DNA of 64,000 nt from positions 8,418-72,417 of the forward strand of contig CAMCMF010000003.1 in assembly GCA_945875865.1 (NCBI GenBank), in the 5' to 3' direction. Within the stretch, counting starts at the first letter, position 1; each line of letters opens with the position of its first letter. The position numbers were made by a program, and so were the translations under genes. Positions 1-9,757 of the stretch are shown one piece after another. A model generated the notes under the pieces. The model was not told where the DNA came from, made no database searches, and saw only the letters and a list, made by a program, of their open reading frames with translations. Origin of the DNA: Rhizobium sp. Q54. GTDB taxonomy: Bacteria; Pseudomonadota; Alphaproteobacteria; Rickettsiales; UBA1997.

Positions 1-1
1 T

Positions 2-709
2 AGAAATGAATTTACTGATGAAATTCCTTATAAATTTGAGAAGTCTATAAGAAAAAAGCAGGCACAGTATGACTTTATATTGATCGATACTTCTCCAAGC
101 GCCAGCAGTATAGTTAATGCTTTATTAATGATGATTACTGATTACTTTATTACCCCGGTTTCTCCGTCATTCTTTTCCTTGCAGGCTATAGATAACCTCA
201 GTCAAATTTTTGCGAATTGGATGAAATTGCTCAATCCTTATCAAACAACTAGAAGTTTCAAAGGTTTAAGTTTTCAGCCAAAGTTTTTGGGCCTAGTTGT
301 ACAGATGGCCAAAAGATTTAATGCTGGCACCGGAAAAACATCTTTTTCTAAATCTACCGAAAAATGGGTCAAAGATGTGAATGTTAGTGTAAAAAAATTT
401 CATAAATTTTCTACTAACCACGGTATGGCGATTTCAGAAGTTGAATTTGAGAAAATTTTTGGGAAGTGTGTTGCTGTTGACGATCCCTCTCCTTTTGTTA
501 TTCAAAAGTGCTGTGATTTTACCCTTCATCTTAGATCGATAGCAGAAAAAGCTGGCGTGCCTGTAATTCATTTAACACAAAAGATTTGTGATAAATATAA
601 AGATTCTAACGCGGTAGATCTTAGAAAAAAAGATGGTCAATATGCTCGCGCTCTTGCAAGCATAACTCAATCTTACGGCAAAATAGCGGACGGCCTAGTT
701 CGTTTGTAA
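2..709 (+). CDS. ParA/MinD-like P-loop ATPase, C-terminal part (5' end lies left of the window)
   Basis: Frame is open from nt 2 (...RKKQAQYDFILIDTSPSASS...). The hhhhDTxPS motif is typical of ParA/MinD-type ATPases. The TTG at 80 is only the first in-window start. Confidence 0.5.
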   Translation, partial: RNEFTDEIPYKFEKSIRKKQAQYDFILIDTSPSASSIVNALLMMITDYFITPVSPSFFSLQAIDNLSQIFANWMKLLNPYQTTRSFKGLSFQPKFLGLVVQMAKRFNAGTGKTSFSKSTEKWVKDVNVSVKKFHKFSTNHGMAISEVEFEKIFGKCVAVDDPSPFVIQKCCDFTLHLRSIAEKAGVPVIHLTQKICDKYKDSNAVDLRKKDGQYARALASITQSYGKIADGLVRL

Positions 710-730
710 AATATCAAATAAATAAATTAT

Positions 731-1282
731 ATGCTTAACGAATTTGCAGATAAAGCGCGCAAAAAAATGGATGACACCATGAATTCCTTGAAGCGCGATC
801 TTGATTCAATTTCAACTGGCCGCGCCAATCCGGCTTTGCTCGACACAATTCGCGTTGAAGTTTACGGCGCTTTGATGCCGATCTCACAAGTGGGCAGCGT
901 TTCAGTTCCTGAAGCTACAATTCTAACTATTCAAGTTTGGGATCGTGAAAATGTAAGGGCGGTTGAGAAGGCAATCACCAACGCCAATCTTGGTTTTAAT
1001 CCAAGAGTTGATGGTATGACGATGCATATTTCCATTCCAAAATTAAGTGAAGAACGCCGCCGCGATTTAGTAAAATTAGCGAAAAAATATGGCGAAGATA
1101 AAAAAGTTGCAGCGCGCAATGTTCGTCGCGATGCTTTAGATGATTTTAAAAAAAGAGAAAAGGAATTTGGCAAAGATCAAATCCACTCTTTCAATGAAAT
1201 TGTGCAAAAAATCACCGATGAATTTGTCAAAAAAATTGATGATGCGGTTCTAGTAAAAGAAAAAGATTTAATGAAGGTTTAA
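731..1282 (+). CDS. frr: ribosome recycling factor
   Basis: 183 aa; ...LDSISTGRANPALLDTIRVEVYG...VRRDALDDFKK... is typical of Frr; conserved frr-uppS-cdsA neighbourhood. Confidence 0.9.
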   Translation: MLNEFADKARKKMDDTMNSLKRDLDSISTGRANPALLDTIRVEVYGALMPISQVGSVSVPEATILTIQVWDRENVRAVEKAITNANLGFNPRVDGMTMHISIPKLSEERRRDLVKLAKKYGEDKKVAARNVRRDALDDFKKREKEFGKDQIHSFNEIVQKITDEFVKKIDDAVLVKEKDLMKV

Positions 1283-1283
1283 T

Positions 1284-1850
1284 ATGCCCGCACCAAAAGA
1301 ATCACCAGCAATATCTACTTTAAGGTCACAAATCGATGGACTTATGTCTTTGAAGGCTGAAAAGGTGGCTGATCAAGGTAAAGTTACTACTAACTCAGAA
1401 AGCCCAGGCACAGATAATAAAAGTCCTTTCGAGAAGTTGATGAAGGGAGATGTTCTCGGAGCTGCGACGGGAGTTGCAGAGAATATGATTAACTCTGTCA
1501 TAAAACTGTTTTCAAAACTTATTGATAGCTTGTTCGGCGGCAAGGAATATGCTGCTATCAAAGAGAAATATGCGGATGCATCCATTGGGGATATAGAGGG
1601 TCAAATAGCCGACCTAGAAAGTCAAATAAAAGTAGAGAAAGATAAGGAAGGCGAAAATCAAAAAGGAGATGGCAGTAAATCTAAAGATAAATATAGCATG
1701 AGTAATGCTGAATCTGGCATGGATAATGCCAAAAGTGAAGCGAGAGTTGTGATAGAAGGTTTAGAAGGAGAAACCTCAACTGATCCGGAGTCAGCAGAGA
1801 AACTACCACCAAATAATGAAAAGCAAGACACAAAAGCATCGCGGTGTTAA
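1284..1850 (+). CDS. hypothetical acidic/Lys-rich, low-complexity protein
   Basis: 188-aa ORF starting 2 nt after the frr stop; no recognisable motif; predicted disordered C-terminal half. Confidence 0.4.
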   Translation: MPAPKESPAISTLRSQIDGLMSLKAEKVADQGKVTTNSESPGTDNKSPFEKLMKGDVLGAATGVAENMINSVIKLFSKLIDSLFGGKEYAAIKEKYADASIGDIEGQIADLESQIKVEKDKEGENQKGDGSKSKDKYSMSNAESGMDNAKSEARVVIEGLEGETSTDPESAEKLPPNNEKQDTKASRC

Positions 1851-2590
1851 TGATTTTTTTCAGAAAAAAAAATATCCCCAATATTTCTGATCTAAAAATC
1901 CCCAACCATGTTGCGATCATCATGGATGGCAATGCTAGATGGGCTAAGGCAAAAAATCTTCCGCTAAAAATTGGTCACAAAACCGGCGCAGAAAATTTAC
2001 GAAAATGTGCCGAAAATTGCATCGAACTCGGTATAAAATTTCTTACAGTTTACGCTTTTTCTTCCGAAAATTGGAATCGTCCAGCTGAGGAAGTTAGTTA
2101 TTTGATGGATCTGCTCGATGATTATTTGGAAAAGGAATCCAAGCCTTTGATGGAAAAAAATATCAAAATTGTAATTTCTGGAAATCTCGAAAAAATTCGT
2201 CAAACTACTAAAGAAAAAATCACCGCCGTTCAAAAACTTACCGAAAATAATTCCGCTCTAACATTAAACGTCGCCTTCTCTTACGGCTCTAGACAAGAGA
2301 TTGTTGATGCAGCCAAGAAGCTAGCTATTGCAACTAGTGAAGGCAAAATTAGCTTCGATCAAATCGATGAAAAATTATTTTCTGCCAATCTTTATCGCAG
2401 TGAAATTCCCGATCCTGATTTATTAATTCGCACCGCCGGAGATCTACGCGTCAGTAATTTTTTACTCTGGCAAATTGCTTACACTGAATTTTATTTTACC
2501 AAAAGTTACTGGCCGGATTTTGGTAAAAAAGAACTACTTGCGGCCGTTGAGAGTTTTAATCAAAGAGAGAGAAAATATGGTAAAAGATAA
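1844..2590 (+). CDS. uppS: undecaprenyl-diphosphate synthase
   Basis: HVAIIMDGNARWA and RTAGDLRVSNFLLWQ motifs. Confidence 0.9.
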   Translation: MLMIFFRKKNIPNISDLKIPNHVAIIMDGNARWAKAKNLPLKIGHKTGAENLRKCAENCIELGIKFLTVYAFSSENWNRPAEEVSYLMDLLDDYLEKESKPLMEKNIKIVISGNLEKIRQTTKEKITAVQKLTENNSALTLNVAFSYGSRQEIVDAAKKLAIATSEGKISFDQIDEKLFSANLYRSEIPDPDLLIRTAGDLRVSNFLLWQIAYTEFYFTKSYWPDFGKKELLAAVESFNQRERKYGKR

Positions 2591-3329
2591 AATGAATAAA
2601 CTGCTGGGAATCTTTCAAAAATTATATTTTTTTGTGATTTCCATTTTCAATAAAATCACTGCTCAAGTTCATTTTTTAGATCCGCGCGAAAACACCAAAC
2701 AGCGCATCATCTCTGCCTTGGTGATGATTCCATTTGCGCTTTACGCAATTTTTTATTCGAAAAATTTGTTCCTACTTTTAGCTATTTCAATGGCAATGTT
2801 GATGACGGTCGAATGGCTCGATATTATTAAAAATATGCCCAATCAAAAAAAGTGGCGCATCATCGGATTTTTCTACATTCTTATCCCAATTTACGCCGTG
2901 ATCAAAATTCGTTTCTACGACGTTGACGTTTTATTTTGGATGTTCGCCGTGATTTGGGCGACGGATATTTTTGCATTTTTTGCTGGAAAAATGTTAGGCG
3001 GCGCCAAACTCGCGCCCTCGATTAGTCCCAACAAAACTTGGTCAGGATTAGCCGGAGGCGTTGCAGCTAGCGCTTTGATTGGCTTACTAAGTTCATTCAT
3101 GTTTGCCGGTGGTTTAGTATTTTTCGTTTTCATCAGCATTTGCCTTTCACTAATCGAGCAAGCCAGCGATTTACTGGAATCAAAATTTAAAAGAATTTTC
3201 GGCGTAAAAGATTCGGGAGATATAATTCCGGGACATGGCGGAGTGCTTGATCGTCTTGACGGCTTGATGCTTGTCGCGCCATTCGTGCTCTTTTTGATTA
3301 CAGTTTTCTCTAGCAAATTCGGTGGATAA
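2577..3329 (+). CDS. cdsA: phosphatidate cytidylyltransferase
   Basis: Multi-TM protein with the C-terminal KRxxxxKDxGxxIPGHGGxLDRxD signature ([24 protein letters not shown]); start chosen at ATG 2577 (MVKDK), upstream extension overlaps uppS. Confidence 0.8.
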   Translation: MVKDKMNKLLGIFQKLYFFVISIFNKITAQVHFLDPRENTKQRIISALVMIPFALYAIFYSKNLFLLLAISMAMLMTVEWLDIIKNMPNQKKWRIIGFFYILIPIYAVIKIRFYDVDVLFWMFAVIWATDIFAFFAGKMLGGAKLAPSISPNKTWSGLAGGVAASALIGLLSSFMFAGGLVFFVFISICLSLIEQASDLLESKFKRIFGVKDSGDIIPGHGGVLDRLDGLMLVAPFVLFLITVFSSKFGG

Positions 3330-3331
3330 AA

Positions 3332-4108
3332 ATGTCTGACTTTTTTGAAATAGCCGGTCGCAAATTCACCTCACGTCTTTTGGTTGGAACTGGTAAATAT
3401 AAAGATTTTCAAGAAACCGCGGCGGCTATTGATGCTTCTGGTGCCGAGATAGTTACCGTTGCGGTTCGTCGCGTCAATATCGAGAAAAAAGGTGAACCGA
3501 TGTTGCAGGATTTTCTCGATCCCAAAAAATATACTTATCTCCCCAATACCGCAGGATGTTTTACTGCTGAAGATGCCGTTCGCACTTTGCGTTTAGCGCG
3601 CGCCGCAGGTGGATGGAATTTAGTGAAGCTCGAAGTTTTAGCTGATGAAAGAACGCTTTATCCAAAGGTGATCGAAACCATCAAAGCCGCAGAAATGCTA
3701 ATCAAAGAAGGTTTTGATGTGATGGTTTACACTTCCGACGATCCAATCGTTGCCAAAGAATTAGAAGATATCGGCTGCTGTGCCATCATGCCACTCGCGG
3801 CTCCAATTGGTTCCGGACTTGGAATTCAAAATCCCCTCAATATCGAATTTATCATCCAGCAATCAAAAGTTCCGGTGTTAGTTGACGCCGGAGTTGGCAC
3901 TGCTTCTGACGCGGCAATCGCCATGGAACTCGGCTGCGATGGCGTATTAATGAACACTGCAATCGCCAAAGCCAGAAATCCAATTCTCATGGCACATGCT
4001 ATGAAACTCGCCATCGAAGCCGGTCGCGCCGCATATCTTGCAGGCCGCATGGAAAAGAAAAAATTCGCCTCACCTTCATCTCCGATAATTGGAAAAATTA
4101 ACAACTAA
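3332..4108 (+). CDS. thiG: thiazole synthase
   Basis: 258 aa; ...[12 protein letters not shown]...LPNTAGC...VKLEVL...[12 protein letters not shown]... is typical of ThiG. Confidence 0.85.
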   Translation: MSDFFEIAGRKFTSRLLVGTGKYKDFQETAAAIDASGAEIVTVAVRRVNIEKKGEPMLQDFLDPKKYTYLPNTAGCFTAEDAVRTLRLARAAGGWNLVKLEVLADERTLYPKVIETIKAAEMLIKEGFDVMVYTSDDPIVAKELEDIGCCAIMPLAAPIGSGLGIQNPLNIEFIIQQSKVPVLVDAGVGTASDAAIAMELGCDGVLMNTAIAKARNPILMAHAMKLAIEAGRAAYLAGRMEKKKFASPSSPIIGKINN

Positions 4109-4109
4109 A

Positions 4110-5540
4110 ATGCAGCACAAATTCCATTCCTCAATCCTGCGCGCTTACGACATTCGCGGCATTTATAACGAAACGCTTTTTGATAATGATGCGTTTTTTG
4201 TTGGCAAAAGTTTTGGAACTTTTTTGCATAATCATCACAAGAAAAAAGTTTCGGTTGCTTGCGATGGACGTCTGAGTTCGGCAGCTTTAAAAGAGAGATT
4301 GATTCAAGGTTTGCGAGATAGTGGCATCGATGTGATTGATGTTGGTTTGGGGCCAACTCCAATGCTTTATTTTTCAGTTTATCATCTGGCTTGTGATGCT
4401 GGAGTGATGGTCACGGGTTCACATAATCCGGGGCATCACAATGGTTTCAAAATGCTTTTAAAAGAGCGTCCATTTTTTGGTGAGGATATTATTAACTTAG
4501 GAAAAATCGTGCAAAGTGGCCATTTTGTTGGTGGCAAAGGTGAGTTGAGCGAAGAAGATGTGCAAGAGGATTACATAAATCGTCTGCTTTCCGATTGCGA
4601 TATTGCTGAAAGTGAAAGCCCCTTGCTTGATGAACTTGATGAATTTGTACCGAAGAAAAAATTAAAAATTGCTTGGGATGCCGGCAATGGCGCGGGTGGA
4701 GAGATTATGAAAAAATTATCGGAAAGAATTGCCGCGGAGCATATTTTGCTTTTCGATGATATTGATGGGAGTTTTCCTAATCATCATCCTGATCCGACAG
4801 TGCCAGAAAATTTGAAAGATTTAATTAAAGTTGTACGCGACGAAGGTTGCGATTTGGGAATCGCTTTCGATGGCGATGCCGACCGCATCGGAGTAGTAGA
4901 CAATGAAGGTGAAATTTTGTGGGGCGATCAATTAATGGTGTTTTATGCGCAAGAAGTTTTACAAGAAAATAAAGGCGCAACCATCATCGCTGATGTAAAA
5001 GCCAGCCAAGTTTTATTCGATAAAATTGCTGAATTTGGTGGCAAGCCTTTGATGTGGAAAACCGGTCATTCATTCATAAAATCTAAAATGAAAGAAACCA
5101 AAGCAGCAGTGGCTGGCGAGATGTCAGGCCATATTTTTTTCGCCGATAAATATTATGGTTTTGACGACGGGCTTTATGCAGCAATTCGTTTGATAAATAT
5201 TGTAGAAAAATCCAAATTTTCTTTGGCGCATATGAGAAAATCTTTGCCGCAAACTTTTGCTACTCCAGAAATTCGCATCGATTGTTCTGAAGAAAAAAAG
5301 TTTAAAATTGTTAATGATCTCAAAGAAAATCTAAAAAAATCAGGAATAAAATTTAATGATATTGATGGCATCAGAGCCACTACAGAAATAGGCTGGTGGC
5401 TGCTTCGCGCTTCTAACACCCAATCAGTTTTAGTTGCGAGATGCGAAGCAAATTCCAAAGAAAATCTCAAAATATTAAAAGATGGTTTGCGCAAAAATCT
5501 CGAATTTTGCCAAGTTGAAATTCCGAAGGAATTGAAATGA
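4110..5540 (+). CDS. phosphomannomutase/phosphoglucomutase
   Basis: Active-site TGSHNPGHHNGFK, metal loop FDGDADR, GEMSGH; start at ATG 4110 (MQHKF) directly after the thiG stop. Confidence 0.85.
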   Translation: MQHKFHSSILRAYDIRGIYNETLFDNDAFFVGKSFGTFLHNHHKKKVSVACDGRLSSAALKERLIQGLRDSGIDVIDVGLGPTPMLYFSVYHLACDAGVMVTGSHNPGHHNGFKMLLKERPFFGEDIINLGKIVQSGHFVGGKGELSEEDVQEDYINRLLSDCDIAESESPLLDELDEFVPKKKLKIAWDAGNGAGGEIMKKLSERIAAEHILLFDDIDGSFPNHHPDPTVPENLKDLIKVVRDEGCDLGIAFDGDADRIGVVDNEGEILWGDQLMVFYAQEVLQENKGATIIADVKASQVLFDKIAEFGGKPLMWKTGHSFIKSKMKETKAAVAGEMSGHIFFADKYYGFDDGLYAAIRLINIVEKSKFSLAHMRKSLPQTFATPEIRIDCSEEKKFKIVNDLKENLKKSGIKFNDIDGIRATTEIGWWLLRASNTQSVLVARCEANSKENLKILKDGLRKNLEFCQVEIPKELK

Positions 5541-6151
5541 AAATTATCGGTCTAACTGGCGGAATTGCTTCGGGAAAAAATTTCATCGCCGAAATTTTTG
5601 CCCAAAATGGCGCCGCTATTTTTGATGCTGATGCAGAAGTTCATGGCTTGATTGATCTAGATAAATCAACGATCGCAGAAATTAAAAAACATTTTCCTGA
5701 AAGTTTTGTCGATAAAAAAATCGAGCGCAAAATTTTAGGAAAAATTGTTTTTTCTGATGAGAAGAAGCTAAAAATTCTGGAGAAAATTATTCATCCTAGG
5801 GTTAGAAAAATTTATCAGAAATTTTTATCAAATGCCAAAAAGCAGCGTGCAAAATTTGTAGTTCTAAACATCCCCCTTCTCCTAGAAAGCAAAGCCTATA
5901 AGTGCGATTATATTGTGGCGATAATTCCATCAAAAAAAATCCAAAAAGAGCGTTTTTTAGCGCGTGAAAAACAAAAACATCCAACTGCAACAGTCGCAGA
6001 ATTAACTACAAAATTTGAGCAAATTAGAAAAAAACAACTCAGCAATTTGCATCGTAAAAAATACGCAGATTTTGTGATTAAAAATGATGGCTTAAAAACT
6101 CATGCAGCGGCAGTGGTGAAGAAAATTTTAGAATCTATTCTTCATCAATAA
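5537..6151 (+). CDS. coaE: dephospho-CoA kinase
   Basis: N-terminal P-loop IGLTGGIASGKN; about 200 aa; ATGA overlap with the preceding gene. Confidence 0.85.
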   Translation: MKIIGLTGGIASGKNFIAEIFAQNGAAIFDADAEVHGLIDLDKSTIAEIKKHFPESFVDKKIERKILGKIVFSDEKKLKILEKIIHPRVRKIYQKFLSNAKKQRAKFVVLNIPLLLESKAYKCDYIVAIIPSKKIQKERFLAREKQKHPTATVAELTTKFEQIRKKQLSNLHRKKYADFVIKNDGLKTHAAAVVKKILESILHQ

Positions 6152-6263
6152 CCTTATCAAACTTTGGTTGTTTGCGATCTCCTTCGTAAGTGAGCGGTCC
6201 CTTGCGGCCACAAGATGCGAGCAAGATTGATGAAAGTAAAATCAGTAAAAAAACTCTTCTCAT
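6135..6263 (-). CDS. small lipoprotein, LptM/YifL-like (42 aa, below the ORF-track cutoff)
   Basis: Hand translation: MRRVFLLILLSSILLASCGRKGPLTYEGDRKQPKFDKVIDEE*. It has a lipobox (LLASC) followed by GxKGPL, as in YifL/LptM-type lipoproteins. Its ATG overlaps the argH stop (ATGA). Confidence 0.5.
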   Translation of the reverse strand: MRRVFLLILLSSILLASCGRKGPLTYEGDRKQPKFDKVIDEE

Positions 6264-7657
6264 AATTTTCCTAAAAATAATTTCGCTGCTTTGATTTGTT
6301 CTTTAACTTGAACTGGCGAAGTACCGCCAAATGAGGTGCGGCTGGCTGTTGAATTTTCTACGCTCAAAACTTCGAAAATTTTATTAGTAATTTTTTTCTC
6401 GATTTTTTGCATTTCAGCAAGCTTCAATTGATGTAGCTCCAAACCTTTAGTTTCAGCCATTTTCACGATTGAACCAGTGACATGATGCGCATCACGAAAA
6501 GGAATTTTCAGATTTTTTACCAACCAATCCGCAATGTCAGTAGCGCAAGAATAATCGGCGGAAGCCATGGCGTGCATTTTATCTTTATTCACTTTCATAT
6601 CGGCAATCATTCCCGACATAGCGCGCAGACAAAGCTTGGAATTTTGCGTCGCATCAAAAACCGGCTCCTTATCTTCCTGCATATCTTTGGAGTAGGTGAG
6701 AGTAAGGCCCTTCATTGTTGTTAAAAGTGAAAAAAGTGCGCCAAAAATTCTGCCAGATTTTCCACGAATTAATTCTGCGGCATCGGGATTTTTTTTCTGC
6801 GGCATGATTGAAGAGCCAGAAGTGAAGGCGTCGGACAAGTTGATAAATTTAAAACCTTTGCTCATCCAAATCACAATTTCTTCAGCAAAACGCGAAAGGT
6901 GAGTGGCGATTAGTGACAGACAAAAAAGATATTCGATGGCGAAATCACGATCAGAAGTTGAGTCCATCGAATTGTTGGTTGGGCGAGTGAAGCCAAGTTC
7001 TTTCGCTACCATTTCACGATCAATTGGAAATGAAGTTCCAGCCAATGCGCAAGCGCCGAGAGGACATTCATTCATTCTTTTTCTTAAATCCTGTAGGCGA
7101 GAAATATCGCGTTTGAACATTTCAAAATATGCCAATAAATGATGAGAAAAAAGTACTGGTTGAGCAATTTGCAAATGAGTGAATCCGGGCATGATTACGC
7201 CAAGATTTTCTTCAGATTTTTTAAGCAGATTTTTTTGTAAATCTAAAACCAAGGCCATCACTTCATCAACTTCATCGCGTACAAAAAGACGAAAATCCAC
7301 AGCAACTTGATCATTTCTTGAGCGAGCGGTGTGAAGCTTTCCCGCCACATCGCCGATAATTTCTTTTAAGCGCGATTCAATATTCATGTGAATATCTTCG
7401 AGCTCGATTTTGAAATTAAAATTTCCGCCTTCGATCTCGCCGAGAATTTTTTCTAGCCCTAAAATAATTTTTTTAGATTCAGCGTCAGAAATAATTCCAA
7501 CCTTCGCCAACATTTTTGCATGCGCTTTCGAACCACGAATATCCTGCTTGTAGAGCTTTTTATCAAAAGTGATCGACTGATTAATTTCTTGCATCAGCGA
7601 AGAAGGTTTTGAATCGAATCTGCCGCCCCACATTTTGTTCGAAGATTTTTTTTGCAT
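6260..7657 (-). CDS. argH: argininosuccinate lyase
   Basis: MWGGRF...SRNDQV...GSSIMPQKKNPD signature; start moved to ATG 7657 (or 7633) because the listed N-terminal extension reads through a palindromic repeat. Confidence 0.9.
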   Translation of the reverse strand: MQKKSSNKMWGGRFDSKPSSLMQEINQSITFDKKLYKQDIRGSKAHAKMLAKVGIISDAESKKIILGLEKILGEIEGGNFNFKIELEDIHMNIESRLKEIIGDVAGKLHTARSRNDQVAVDFRLFVRDEVDEVMALVLDLQKNLLKKSEENLGVIMPGFTHLQIAQPVLFSHHLLAYFEMFKRDISRLQDLRKRMNECPLGACALAGTSFPIDREMVAKELGFTRPTNNSMDSTSDRDFAIEYLFCLSLIATHLSRFAEEIVIWMSKGFKFINLSDAFTSGSSIMPQKKNPDAAELIRGKSGRIFGALFSLLTTMKGLTLTYSKDMQEDKEPVFDATQNSKLCLRAMSGMIADMKVNKDKMHAMASADYSCATDIADWLVKNLKIPFRDAHHVTGSIVKMAETKGLELHQLKLAEMQKIEKKITNKIFEVLSVENSTASRTSFGGTSPVQVKEQIKAAKLFLGKL

Positions 7658-7699
7658 AAGAAAAAATTGGTTGATTATTCCTAAGATAGATAAATTAAA

Positions 7700-7785
7700 G
7701 ATGGACCCCGTCGGGCAAAGGGGTGACAAACTAGAGGTAATTTGCACCCCATGAGTTGTCACCCCGTCGCATGACGGGGTCCATC
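7700..7785. repeat. palindromic hairpin-doublet repeat, family B (GATGGACCCCGTC...GGGGTGAC / GTCACCCCGTCGCATGACGGGGTCCATC)
   Basis: 86-bp inverted-repeat element; related copies at 21980, 25031, 41034 and 57113. Confidence 0.85.
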
Positions 7786-7871
7786 TGAACTGTTGCTTGT
7801 GAAATTAGAAGTGCGCAATTTAAATAAAACATATTTCACAAACTTGAATCACTTCCGAACTTAATAAAATC

Positions 7872-9035
7872 ATGGATAGCTGGGACATTAAATCGAATAA
7901 TGTTTTTGATCGCCGTTATTTAAATGCGATCAAAAAATGGTGGATCGATATTGACAAAATCAACTTTGTGATTGTGCTGGGCATAATTATTTTTGGCTTA
8001 ATGATGACCGCCAGCTCTGGCTCGGCGATTGCTAAGCGCATCAATGTTGATAAGTTTTTCTTCCTAAAAAAGCAGATGTTTTTTGCGATGATCGCTTTGT
8101 GTTTATTGGTAATAATTTCGTTTCTTGACGGAGAAAAAATCAAAATTTTTTCGCTGATTGGTTTGGGAGGTTCGATAATATTTTTGCTGTTGGTTTTACT
8201 TTTTGGATCAGAGGCAAAAGGTGCAAGAAGATGGATTTCTTTAGGTGGTTTTACCTTACAGCCTTCTGAGTTTACTAAAACATTCTTTGTGGTGTTTAAT
8301 GCCTTTCTTTTGCAAAAATTTTATCATGAAAAAGCGCATATAAAATACGGCGTTTCTGCAGGATTATATTTTGTCATTGTCGCGCTGCTAATCTTGCAGC
8401 CTGACTTCGGCATGACTTTGATTTTTACCGCTTTGTGGGCGGTACAACTTTTCCTTTCTGGCTTGCCACTATTTTCAATCTCACTGCTTGGTGTTATTGC
8501 CGCTGTAGGTGGAATAGGTGCTTATCTAGTTTTCCCTCACATACGAGACCGTATTTCTAAATTTACTGATTCGGGAGAAAAAAATTATCAAGTTGAGCGC
8601 TCGCTTGATGCCTTCGTCAATGGTTCATTTTTTGGTGAAGGTCCGGGAAATGGTGTGGTGAAAAAATTCATTCCCGATGCTCATACTGATTTTGTTTTTG
8701 CGGTTGTTGGCGAAGAATATGGAATTTTTTCTTGCGCCATGATCATCATAGTTTTTGCCTATCTAATCACGCGAATAGTCAAGCGGGCGCTGGAAGAAGA
8801 GGATCTGTTCACTTATCTGGCTTTATGTGGCTTGATGATGCAATTCACCATGCAAGTGATCGTGAATGTCGGAGTTAGTTTGCGACTTTTTCCAACCAAA
8901 GGAATGACTTTACCATTCATCAGCTATGGCGGTTCATCAATGATGTCGATGGCGATTTGCTTTGGATTAATTTTGGCTTTTACGAAGAGAAAATATCACA
9001 AGGATGTTGATTACGGGAATATAAAATTGATGTAA
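7872..9035 (+). CDS. ftsW: SEDS-family peptidoglycan polymerase (FtsW/RodA)
   Basis: About 10 TM segments; LQPSEFTK, PDFGMT, THTDFVFA and LPFISYGGSS motifs. Confidence 0.8.
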   Translation: MDSWDIKSNNVFDRRYLNAIKKWWIDIDKINFVIVLGIIIFGLMMTASSGSAIAKRINVDKFFFLKKQMFFAMIALCLLVIISFLDGEKIKIFSLIGLGGSIIFLLLVLLFGSEAKGARRWISLGGFTLQPSEFTKTFFVVFNAFLLQKFYHEKAHIKYGVSAGLYFVIVALLILQPDFGMTLIFTALWAVQLFLSGLPLFSISLLGVIAAVGGIGAYLVFPHIRDRISKFTDSGEKNYQVERSLDAFVNGSFFGEGPGNGVVKKFIPDAHTDFVFAVVGEEYGIFSCAMIIIVFAYLITRIVKRALEEEDLFTYLALCGLMMQFTMQVIVNVGVSLRLFPTKGMTLPFISYGGSSMMSMAICFGLILAFTKRKYHKDVDYGNIKLM

Positions 9036-9115
9036 TTTTTTAAATCTAAATTATCAAACAGATGGGGAGATTAGAAACTTTTGATGTGCAACATCCAAAT
9101 ATAAAATAATAAAAA

Positions 9116-9757
9116 ATGGCCAGACCAATACGTCCCCAAGATAGTTTTCCAAATCTTAAATCCATTTCTTTCGATAAGTTAGATCCTAAAATGCAGGGCT
9201 ATTTAACGAGATTAAAAAAATTGTATGAAAAGCGCGTGCTAAAAGGCGCTGGTCCTGACGCTGATAAAATGGCTTTCGATGATCAGAGTAACGGAGGTCT
9301 TTATAATGAAAGCATGGATGCAATGTGGGAAAAATTAATTGCGCTGAAGAAAAAATTTCCTGAGAAGTTAAAGAATTGTGAGCTTTTTCATAATCTAGAA
9401 TCGCGGGGGTTAGAGAATTTTAAGAAAAAATTTCCGCAATTATTTATCGATAGATTTGGTTACAAAGATGATGTCCCCAATCCACAATATCAGTATAATC
9501 GTGCTGTTGATAGTGGTGGATATAATGCCATCGGCGCTGATTCATGTTATGCCGAAGGTTTTGCTTTAGCTTTTTTATTCATATTGGACTCTCTCGAAAA
9601 ACAATTTTCGACAGGTGCAGAATTTAGCGTAGAGCAATTTATGGATTTGCTTGGCGATCTAAACGCAATCTCAATTGTTAGCGCTCCTTTAGATTCAAAT
9701 CTTACCGGCAAAATCGAGGCATCTACCGGTTGCAACGCTACTTATGGGCATCTCTAA
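9116..9757 (+). CDS. hypothetical protein
   Basis: 213-aa ORF with no signal peptide or recognisable family; the last codons and stop lie inside the left terminal repeat of the family E element. Confidence 0.45.
   Translation: MARPIRPQDSFPNLKSISFDKLDPKMQGYLTRLKKLYEKRVLKGAGPDADKMAFDDQSNGGLYNESMDAMWEKLIALKKKFPEKLKNCELFHNLESRGLENFKKKFPQLFIDRFGYKDDVPNPQYQYNRAVDSGGYNAIGADSCYAEGFALAFLFILDSLEKQFSTGAEFSVEQFMDLLGDLNAISIVSAPLDSNLTGKIEASTGCNATYGHL

Noticed and set aside
931-1173. Numerous antisense or overlapping ORFs in the track (for example 931..1173, 2915..3316, 6482..7142, 11777..12225, 22578..22945, 33150..33472, 39409..40391, 46166..46665)
   Set aside because: All lie inside, and opposite or out of frame to, long ORFs with clear family signatures. 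They are shadow ORFs.
7658-7762. N-terminal extensions of argH (to 7762), the alaS C-fragment (to 41120), rnj (to 42915), mutM (to 11457) and gcvH (to 22463)
   Set aside because: The extensions read through palindromic repeats or intergenic DNA and precede the conserved family N-termini (MWGGRF, MPELPEVE, MKFTKDHEW and others). Internal ATGs were chosen instead.
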